Shown one piece after another: positions 52,425 through 64,000 of a DNA stretch of 64,000 nt. Source of the stretch: Octopus vulgaris (lineage: Eukaryota); the NCBI GenBank assembly GCA_951406725.2, contig OX597815.1, positions 9,424,001 through 9,488,000 on the forward strand, given 5' to 3'. Within the stretch, counting starts at the first letter, position 1. The number at the start of each line of letters is the position of its first letter. The notes beneath the pieces are model-generated. The model searched no databases and was not told the origin of the DNA. It was given only the letters and a program-made list of their open reading frames with translations. A program made the translations under genes and the position numbers.

Positions 52425-53430
52425 AATACATACATACATACATACATACATAACATACATACATAACATACATACATACATACATACATACATAAACGTA
52501 CATACTTACATACATACATACATACATACATTCATACATACATACATACATACATACATACATACATTCATACATACATACATACATACATGCATACATA
52601 CATACATACACACATACATACATACATACATACATACATACATACATACATACATACATACATACATACATACATACATACATACATAACATACATTCAT
52701 ACATGCATGGATACATACATACATGCATACATACATACATACATACATACATACATACATACATACATACATAACATACATTCATACATGCATGGATACA
52801 TACATACATGCATACATACATACATACATACATACATACATACATACATACATTCATACATACATACATACATACATACATACATACATACATACATAAC
52901 ATACATTCATACATGCATGGATACATACATACATGCATACATACATACATACATACATACATACATACATACATACATACATACATACATACATACATAC
53001 ATAACATACATTCATACATGCATGGATACATACATACATGCATACATACATACATACATACATACATACATACATACATACATTCATACATACATACATA
53101 CATACATACATACATACATTCATACATACATACATACATACATGCATACATACATACATACACACATACATACATACATACATACATACATACATACATA
53201 CATACATAACATACATTCATACATGCATGGATACATACATACATGCATACATACATACATACATACATACATACATACATACATACATGCATACATACAT
53301 ACATACATACATACATACATACATGCATGCATACATACATACATACATACATACATACATACATACATACATACATACATACATACATACATACATACAT
53401 ACATACATACATACATACGTACGTACATTC
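52425..53430. repeat. (TACA)n with higher-order units
   Basis: ataacatacattcatacatgcatggatac recurs five times. Confidence 0.95.
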
Positions 53431-54519
53431 ATGCGCACACATGTTCTAGAAATGACGTCAGACGTTGTACAATGAACAGTGGACAACAGAAAAGAAATAA
53501 AAGAAAGTGTGGAAAAGAAAAAAAAACTTGTGCATTTCTGATTAATTTCTTGTTGAGACTGATTCCTACTTGATTAGTGCACATCTAAGCTGTGACTAAA
53601 CAAAAGCAGCTTTGCAGATAGAATTTCAGAACTGATGATATAACCATAGAAATGCTGACATATTCACTGAGCTTTTCCAGTGGAAATAATTAGTGTTTTC
53701 TGCAGAATTATTTGAAGAAGGAAGCACTGTTGTAATATATCTTCTGCGGGTCTTACGAATAGCAAAGGACCACGTTTCGGACTTCTCCCATCTTGCGAGC
53801 TCTGGGACGAAGACCGTTCGCTCAACAGCAACAGCATCAACAACAACAGCAACAACAACAACAACAAACAACAAGCAACAACAAACAACAACAACAACAA
53901 CAACAACAGCAACAGCAATAGCAACATAAACTCTAAAATACCGGTTACCTGGTTGTTTAAAATGTAAAATAAAAAGGCTATCTTTCGCTTCTTGTTAATC
54001 GATGACAACTTTACCACGCTAAAAGTTCTTTGCGTGGATGTATGGTTGACATGGAAGTAGGGTTACTTTTTTTAACGACCTTGGGTCACATGATATAAAC
54101 ATATTTGTTACAAGCAAGATTAGGATTTCCGGGAATCGCGAAATTGTACTTCTGGCAGCTTATGAGGTGTATTCTTTGTTTGGTCGGCTCGAGAGGAGCG
54201 GAATGTTAATATTGCACCCTCAGTATATGCCCGTAGGTCGAGGGCAGGAATGTTATAGCGATGGATTGGAAGAACCATTAGAGCGTCCAAGAAAGTACCT
54301 TGTGGTATTTCTTCTAGCTGTGTTATGAGTTCAAAATCTACCTTTTTATCCTTCAGAGGCTGTCTACAGTCAGTAGGCTAAGGTGACACTTGTTTACTGG
54401 TCATACGTCAAGAACCCAGCAAAGAATTCTTGCAGTTCCAAGCAATGATCAGTTTTGTAGGTGTTCTACCTTTACATTTGTACCAATCTTTTTGAGCCAT
54501 TATGATTATTATTATTATT

Positions 54520-54955
54520 CAGTAGTTTTATTTTTATAGCGTGCTTTCACTTCACTACCGAGCACAGCTCTGTGTGCCTTGGGTATGTGCTGTGATTTGT
54601 TGTGATGCTCTGATGGTTATTGTATGGAAAGTGTTCTGCGTAGGATGTGTGCAGTGCCCAGTAGTGCAATTTTCTGTATGTTATATGTGTTTGTAAGTCC
54701 TGGTGTTTTTGTTATGTATTTGTCTGAATATTTTTTTATCATGCCTAATGCACCTACTATGATAGGAATTGTTTCTGTTTTCAGATTCCACATTCTAGTT
54801 ACCTCTATTTCCAGGTCTTTGTATTTTGAGAGTTTCTCCATTTCTTTTAGAGACACGTTGTCATCTGCCGGTACTGATACATCAATTAGAAAGCATTTTT
54901 TTTCTTCATGGTCTCTGACAACTATATCTGGTCTGTTGGCCTTAATTTCTCTATC

Positions 54956-54956
<1 letters not shown>
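54520..54956 (-). mobile_element. R4/Dong-type RLE LINE 3' end, family 2, in (TAA)n
   Basis: Near-identical to 4372-4807, including both ends. Confidence 0.9.
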
Positions 54957-55035
<79 letters not shown>

Positions 55036-55038
<3 letters not shown>

Positions 55039-55127
55039 TAGTTTCATTTTTATAGTGTGCTTTCACTTCACTACCGATACATCTATTGATACATCAATTA
55101 GAAAGCATTTTTTTTCTTCATGATCTC

Positions 55128-55128
<1 letters not shown>
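55036..55128 (-). mobile_element. Internally deleted mini-copy of Dong family 2
   Basis: Terminal ~40 bp joined to gatacatcaattagaaagc...; TAA repeats on both sides. Confidence 0.8.
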
Positions 55129-55223
<95 letters not shown>

Positions 55224-56683
55224 AAGGCGTAAGATTTGTGATGAGTGAGATAATCGAGCGCTTTTTCAATTCTATCTGTCACAGCTCGCATTTGAGACCT
55301 TCACCTTTCATATCAGAGGTTGACAGAATCGTTGACTGGATGAAATGAGAGCTTCAATTCCTAATGGTTTGGTTAAAGTTGGCTTTACATTCGACCTCAC
55401 CTTTGTAAGAAATTTGACTTTGTTTATAAACCAACCAAAGAAATCGTTATTCTCCAAGACACACCCAAAAACTCCATTGTTAAGAATTGTTCCATAATTA
55501 TGAAGACATTCAATTAAATATCTCATAAAATCTAAAGTATTAAGTTTGCCGTTCTGATTGTCAATTTAAATGTCAGGCAATAGAAACAGTGATGGATAAA
55601 TGAGAAACTTGAATAGAACAACGGAAGTATATCTCGGAGAACTACGATTGCCTTTAATAGAATATTTACAAGGGAAAGTCAGACTGTTATTTGCTGCTGA
55701 AAATCTTATTGGCTCTCGACCAATTTTATTTTACTTCTTTCCATATGTCTGCGAATATACTTTAGTTTATTCTAATGTTTTAATCATTAAGTAACCTTTC
55801 GCTAATAACACCGATACACCATGTGTTGGCTTGTCGTTATATTACTGCACTGATTCGTTGGTTTAATGAGAAAACTGCTGCCATTATTAACGATAGTCAT
55901 CAGAGCAAGTGTCTATATTGTCGTGCTACTTGTTAGAAATAACAGATAAATCACCCCTAAACAACACACTACAAACTTCAAAAAGGAAGGTCACACTAAA
56001 CAATGTTGTTCTGGTTATACAACATAATGTGATGCTTACGCCTTTTTCTCGGGTTCTCTAACCAACTTAGCTCATTCCTTTGAGGTAATCCTATACTTTT
56101 TCCTCACACTAGAGGTGCACTCCATCTTTGAACAGAAACATAGATACATTCTTCAATAGGAATCTGGCATTTTAACCTTCTTAAGAAATTCTACGAATGA
56201 TATTAATACTACAAATACTCTACTTGCCAGACCTCATAATCTATGAGAGCAACTATACATATAGAACAGATAGCAGACTCAACAATCTATGATATAACAA
56301 CCATTCATATACAACAAACGATAAACCTCGTAACCTCTGATCTCTCAATATAGCAAAACATTTACTGTATCGACATAAATGCATTCTAAAGACAGGCCAT
56401 TTCCTTTGAGACCATGAAACACTTCATGCTTGAACATTAATTGATAACCCTCAACCATGCTCAGTGCTCACATTCATAGAGCTCTACTTCTATATATACT
56501 CGCAATAAAGTACAGTTATCTGCAGGAAGGTCGCCTAGTATATACGATAAAAAGCCACATTTATAGAACGGTGCTACTATATGTATGCACAATGGAATAC
56601 TGCTCACATCTATAGGATGCTTCTGTTATACTATGTATACGCATTCGAGTACTGCTGAGACTTATGGGACGGTAATAATTATT

Positions 56684-56926
56684 TAAAACTATAAATTAGG
56701 GTATCTGAGAGATACCACCATGCTGAAATAGCAGTCAAAACCCTGACCCTAAAGCCACATTAAATGTTCATATAGCGCCAGGAGAGAAGGCAAAGAGAAA
56801 AAATAAACTAGCAACTAGTTTATTTTGTCCCTCTGTCTTCTCTCCATTAAGGTGGCTTTAGGGTCAGGGTTTTGACTGCTATTTCAGCATGGTGGTATCT
56901 CTCAGATACCCTAATTTATAGTTTTA
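56684..56926. repeat. 243-bp foldback: 75-bp perfect arms plus an inner 31-bp imperfect stem
   Basis: 56684-56758 is the reverse complement of 56852-56926. Confidence 0.92.
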
Positions 56927-57001
56927 TATATGTAAATACATACAAACGAACAAAATCTAAATGCTTGTGATCATCCATATATGTATGTATGTTTACATTG
57001 C

Positions 57002-57296
<295 letters not shown>

Positions 57297-57899
57297 TATG
57301 TATGTATGCATGTCTGTCTGTCTGTATGTATGTATGTATGTATGTATGTATGTATATATATATATTTCAATTACGGTAGTAGTTGAACAATATTCTTAAG
57401 GCCGCAATTTACTCACACGCAGCATCTTTCAGAGCTTGTCAATAATTCAGTCCGAAACCAAATGAAAGACCGTTAAAATTTTTGAGGAGGACTGGTCTCT
57501 AGCGACATTTTGACATGAAAAAATTGAGATTTGGTTCAGTAGAAAAAAGTTTACATCAAAATTTGTAGCGACGTTATAGGAGAGTAAGTAACCCCAACTA
57601 TCAGGTTTAGATCAAAATAACTTTTATTATAAAAGCAAAATATATTTATCTTAGCTTCAATGATGGACGAAAGCGTGACGAATTTCATAGTCTTGGTCCC
57701 ATGCAACAAATATTTGTATCAAAAACGTTGTGAGGTAAAATATCATGAAAAAAATATAAGGCAAAAAATAAATATAATTAACTTTTTATTTTAAAAACAA
57801 ACTTTATTTCAATTAAGCTTAAATGACAGAACTCAGTTCGAGGAATTTCATGGCATCAATCTCATGCAATGAAGTTTGAAAATAAAAAAAAAAACTTAT

Positions 57900-58052
57900 G
57901 AGTCTTTATTTACTTTATTTACATTTGACGGGTATTTGTTCTCATCTTGTTTGTTGTTAACACGTTTCGGCTAATATACCCTCCAGCCTTCTTCAGGTGT
58001 CTTGGGGGAAATTTCGAACCTGGGTTCTCATTCCTAAGGTATTTTTCGATGC

Positions 58053-58093
<41 letters not shown>

Positions 58094-58740
58094 TTACTGT
58101 CTGGAATCGAACTCGGAATCTTGGGGTTAGTAGCCCGCGCTCTTAACCATTGCGCCATATGCCCGTGGGCAATTATGGAGTGAATTTTAGGGTTCCCATA
58201 TGCTGTTCATATCTTCACTCGGTCTGCTTAGGAGGTTGTTGTGTCCTAGCATATGTGCTGCTTCTTTAAGTTTTCGTGTTTTCCTGTGGTGTTCTCTTTC
58301 TATTAATTTAACTTCATCCCACAGGCGGAGGTCATTTCCATTTTTCCATACATGATCAGCTATACCCTATTTATCAATATCTCCCCGTGTCACAGCTTTG
58401 TGTTGTTCCTCTCCCCCTTATTTTGAGGGGGAGGCATGTTTCGCCTTTGTATAACCTACCACAGCTGCATGGGATGGAGTACACGCAGTTCTTGGTCATT
58501 CTCTTCTATTGGTGGTTTTACTCGAAGGAGATATTTGCAAAGTGTTGTATTACTGTTGAATACTGTCCTGATGTCATATGGGCCACATATCTTTTGTATC
58601 TTTTCGGAGAGGCTTTTCACATAAGGTAGACAGACTGTGGACAGTTTATCGGTTTCATCCTCTCTTTTCTTCATAATTGAAGTGGAGAGTATGCCTTTGG
58701 GGTAGTTGTTGCTTAACATTATTGTTGCTGAGCCTGATCA
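57900..58740 (-). mobile_element. Penelope/Poseidon-like element 3' part with a tRNA-like cassette and hammerhead core
   Basis: NNYP...LPYVKSLSEKIQKI, frameshifted CVYSIPCSCGRLYKGET (GIY-YIG); terminal CTGAAGA..GGCTG/TAGCC..GAAAC. Confidence 0.8.
58094..58164 (-). other. tRNA-like Pol III promoter cassette (not a canonical tRNA)
   Basis: A-box TGGCGCAATGG, anticodon-like arm GGG-CTACTAA-CCC, B-box GAGTTCGATTCC; acceptor stem poorly paired. Confidence 0.7.
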
Positions 58741-58898
58741 GAGATTCACAATTACGATCGAATTCACTTGTGCAGCCAAAAACTTTATTTATGTGATAAC
58801 TTGTGCAGGATACAACTATATAGGTTAAATAAGGATGCCTCTTGGAGAACTATACTGCATTAAGAACAGATCCGCTTTCCAGTGTGTAGATATATACC

Positions 58899-59130
58899 TA
58901 TTTCTTTACCACCCACAAGGTGTTAGACACAGAGAGGACAAACAAGGACAGACAAACGGATTAAGACGATTATATGGACCCTAGTACACCACTGGTACTT
59001 ATTCAATCGACCCCGAAAGGATTCCTCGGCGGAATTTGAACTCAGAACATGAAGATAGACGAAATACTACTAAGCATTTCACCCGGCGTGCTAACGTTTC
59101 TGCCAGCTCGCCGCCTTGTGCCAGCTCGCC
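58899..59130 (-). mobile_element. SINE family B monomer with internal deletion, duplicated 5' tip and 17-bp imperfect TSD
   Basis: TSD gtgtgtagatatatacc / gtgtatagatagatacc. Confidence 0.85.
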
Positions 59131-59610
59131 GTGTATAGATAGATACCATTAAGCAAACACACACAGAGATATGTGCGGGGAATCTCTAACCAAACTTCAT
59201 GGTTTTCTCCATCTACCAGTTCAAGGAAACAATCTCTAAACAAGAACGATTAAGGGAAGAAACGCGTTTATTGAAAAATACAAACTGCGCAGAAATATGA
59301 ATGCATAACCAATTTTAGATTTTGTAAATATTTTAATTCACGAACGCATAACCAACATTTTACATATTCTATTTCATTATTTTAGTTCAAGAGTTTATAA
59401 CTTCGCAATATAAATACTATAAACTTACCCTCCCAAAAAAGTGTATGTCTCCACAAAAAGTGCAATTTTAAGCTTGATTCTTATTCTATCGGTTTTTTTT
59501 TTGCCGAACCATTAAGTTACATAAACACACCAGCACCGGTTGTCAAACGGTGGTGAGGGGCACAAACACAGACTGAAACACACACACACACACATAAATA
59601 TACATACATA

Positions 59611-59664
<54 letters not shown>

Positions 59665-59672
<8 letters not shown>

Positions 59673-59884
59673 AAATTAAAATCAAAATGAGGGTGAAAAA
59701 ATTGGATATTAATTTGATAACATCAATTTTAACACCAGTGGTCTAGCGTATAAAAAAAACTGAGATTCAGTAAATATTATTAATACACAAATATGAGAGA
59801 GAATCCAATTCTTAGCGGTTGAGTCCCTTTTGCGGATCTATATCTAGCGTAAGAGCGTCCACATAGTGGATTCTCTCTCATAGT

Positions 59885-59921
<37 letters not shown>

Positions 59922-60112
59922 AACGAGGGTGAAAAATTGGATATTAATTTGATAACATCAATTTTAACACCATTGGTCTAGCATATAAAAAAAAATGAGA
60001 TTCAGTAAATAGTAATTCATACATAAATATAAGAGGGAATTTTTTTAACCACTATGTGGAAACCCTTATGCTAGAAGAAGATCCGCTATGGTCTTAACCA
60101 CTAAGAATTGTG
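59665..60112. repeat. Two tandem diverged copies of an unclassified ~200-bp repeat, one with an internal inversion
   Basis: gagggtgaaaaattggatattaatttgataacatc at ~59689 and ~59925. Confidence 0.7.
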
Positions 60113-60140
60113 CTATATATATATATATATATATATATAT

Positions 60141-60295
60141 ACGATAGTCTTCCTAAAGATTCCGTCTACCAAATCCACCCACAAGACTCTAGTCAGCCCG
60201 AGGCTACAGTAGAAAACACTTGCCCAAGGTGCAACGCTGTGTGACTGAACCCGAAACCATGTGGTTGAACAGCAACTTTCTAAACACAGAGCCAT
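60141..60295 (-). mobile_element. Diverged SINE A 5' half
   Basis: ttccgtctaccaaatccac...cacttgcccaagg...ccatgtggttg. Confidence 0.75.
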
Positions 60296-60371
60296 GTCGT
60301 GCGTGTGTGTGTGTGTGTGTGCTTGTGTGTGTGTAATATGTATGTATGTATGTACGTATGTACGTATGTAT

Positions 60372-60412
<41 letters not shown>

Positions 60413-60413
60413 A

Positions 60414-61300
<887 letters not shown>

Positions 61301-61484
61301 TATATCGTAATAACACCTTACAATTCTATATCAGTTGAGTAATTTGATTGAAATTTGCAAGAACATTTAACTTTAACCATAGCTATCGTGCTCCGGCAGC
61401 ACATATCTTTTTATCATGATACAAACTAGATCTCAAAACTATTAGCAAGGAGATAGAACGATATATGTATATATATATATATAT

Positions 61485-61552
<68 letters not shown>

Positions 61553-61570
61553 ATATACATATATATATAC

Positions 61571-61685
<115 letters not shown>

Positions 61686-62263
61686 AAGAAAGAAAGAAAG
61701 AGAGAATAATAAATATAATGCCGTTAAGTATGTATAGGGGACAAATGGAATAGTATGAAGACGAAATAAAAACGAAAGATTCACAGAACAAGAAGAAAAA
61801 ACGAAACGCAAAAGAAAGGAATTAAAAAAAAAAGGAAAAGAAATTGAATGAAAGAAAAGAGGAAATGAATGAAAAAAATAACAAGAAAACGTGATTAACT
61901 GATTTTTTTTTTTTTGTTTTCCATCAAAAAATCGTTAGTTTTGTTTGGACAATATTTTAATAAGACTTGATTCGGGCGAGGCTACGATGTAATTTTCGTG
62001 TTAAATAAATAGGATAATCAGGCGATAATGAAGATGCATTTTCTTTTGTTTGTTTTGCTTTCCGAGTATGTGTCTGCATCTTCGTATGTATCTATGATTG
62101 TATGGTGTAGAATGTATGTGTAGAAGTGGACTCCGCAATGTATGCGAAGCGAAACAGTGTACATATATGTGAAATAGTGTACGTCAGTGTATGCGCACTT
62201 AAAATTCATTCATACATACAAGCACACACTCACACACACACATACATACATACACACGTACAC

Positions 62264-62314
<51 letters not shown>

Positions 62315-62317
<3 letters not shown>

Positions 62318-62913
62318 TCTTTACTCTCTTTTACTCCTTTACTTGTTTCAGTCATTTGACTGCGGCCATGCTGGAGCACCGCCTTTTAGTCGAGCAACTC
62401 GACCCCGGGACTTATTCTTTTTGTAAGCCCGGTACTTATTCTATCGGTCTCTTTTTGCCGAACCGCTAAGTGACGGGAACATAAAAACACACCAGCATCG
62501 GTTGTCAAGCAATGCGAGGGGAACAAACGCAGACACACAAACACACATACACATATATATATACATATATATACATATATACGACAGGCTTCTTTCAGTT
62601 TCCGTCTACCAAATCCACTCACAAGGTATTGGTCGGCCCGGGGCTATAGCAGAAGACACTTGCCCAAGATGCCACGCAGTGGGACTGAACCCAGAACCAT
62701 GTGATTGGTAAGCAAGCTACTTACCACACAGCCACTCCTATGTGTATATACGACGGGCTTCTTTCAGTTTCCGTCTACCAAATCCACTCACAAGGCATTG
62801 GTCGGCCCGGGGCTATAGCAGAAGACACTTGCCCAAGATGCCACGCAGTGGGACTGAACCCAGAACCATGTGGTTGGTTAGCAAGCTACTTACCACACAG
62901 CCACTCCTGCGCC
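62315..62913 (-). mobile_element. SINE family A with a tandemly duplicated 5' half
   Basis: 62580-62738 is repeated at 62750-62913. Confidence 0.9.
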
Positions 62914-63698
62914 TATATATATGCATATATGTGTGTGTATATGTCTGTATGTAGGCTACCCATAACGAAAGTATTAAGACGTTTATTTTCGTAAAACTGA
63001 CAGGCTTAGGGGATAAATGGCGCGCACACGTCTGCGTTTATGCGCATTTGTGTCTGTGTGTGGATGTTTGTGTGCATTTGTGTCCATGCACGGTGCCTTT
63101 GTGTATGTATGTAGGTGTTTGATGTTCATCAGTAAGAACGGGCGATCATTATCCATCAATCAATCTTATCGATCTAGCGATCAAATGTCATTCATGCGAT
63201 GATCTATATTTATATATGCTGCGCTCTCGTTTGCGCTAATTTCGAAGCATACTTCTATTCAGTCTTTAACCTGTATTTTGTGACATTGACTTTTTTTTGT
63301 CCCCTTTCATAGAATGGAAATCAAACAACTAGAGGAGTCAATACAAGAATATCAGCGCAATAATGGTAGAATTTGTTATCAATAGAACGATTTGAACCTA
63401 CGTGAGAAAACCAATGATATCAGTTCTAAATTGTATTAATCTCGTATTTGTTGCCATGATCGCCATACTAATGAAAGCTGAACTGATCTACATCGACGGT
63501 TTTTATTAATTTATCTTTTATTTTTTGCTTTGTTAAATTTTTTTTTCCAATTTTCTGCCTCCATTAGCCTATTTATCAGGATTGTGATTCCAATCTTGCT
63601 GACTGCGCACATCACAAGGTTTCAACGATCTCTAGCAAATTCCGACGGATATTATGTCTGTGTGCGTTTACGAATATATACATGTGTGTGTGTGTATA

Positions 63699-63738
<40 letters not shown>

Positions 63739-63743
<5 letters not shown>

Positions 63744-64000
63744 TGTTGTGTCTGGGGAGAGTCATTTTGTTTTTGTGCCTTATAATCTAACACACACACC
63801 GGTAAAATTTCCACTTTATTTCTTATTGAAAAGACGCAACGAAAATTTTAGGAAATTAAAAAAATAAAAATAAGAAAAAAGTGGAAATTTTACCGGTGTG
63901 TGTGTTACATTATAAGGCACAAAAAGAAATTGACTGTCCTCAGACACAACAGAATATGTTTCAACACGAACTCATATAAAGAATCTTGCAAAGCAAATCC
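63739..64000. mobile_element. Inverted-arm repeat, same family as 16044-16516; runs off the window edge
   Basis: Same arms and the same one-sided tail cgaactcatataaagaatcttgcaaa. Confidence 0.7.

Noticed and set aside
57370-57890. Possible DNA transposon fragment
   Set aside because: No matching TIR pair, TSD or second copy identified

Overview
AT-rich, extremely microsatellite-dense eukaryotic intronic or intergenic DNA. The repeat repertoire most resembles an octopus (coleoid cephalopod) genome; this is an inference from recalled families, not a search. No intact host gene is evident; there is one candidate terminal exon at 30594-30719. Almost all long ORFs are microsatellite artefacts or retroelement relics. 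Contents: (i) L1/Tx1-type, R4/Dong-type (RLE) and CR1-type LINE fragments; (ii) at least three distinct Penelope-like element (PLE) types with GIY-YIG domains, including an ~850-bp near-perfect inverted duplication, several carrying hammerhead-ribozyme-like folds; (iii) four or five modular tRNA-headed SINE families (labelled A-D here); (iv) non-autonomous Helitrons and a hAT MITE. The most unusual observations are a tRNA-like Pol III cassette between a PLE endonuclease ORF end and its hammerhead motif, a SINE that builds head-body-body tandem arrays with an invariant junction in its own anticodon-arm loop (apparent self-targeting), variant-core hammerheads, Dong copies with identical 5' ends in (TAA)n, and a 243-bp foldback. 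All calls were made by eye without database searches; boundaries are approximate unless TSDs or termini are quoted.
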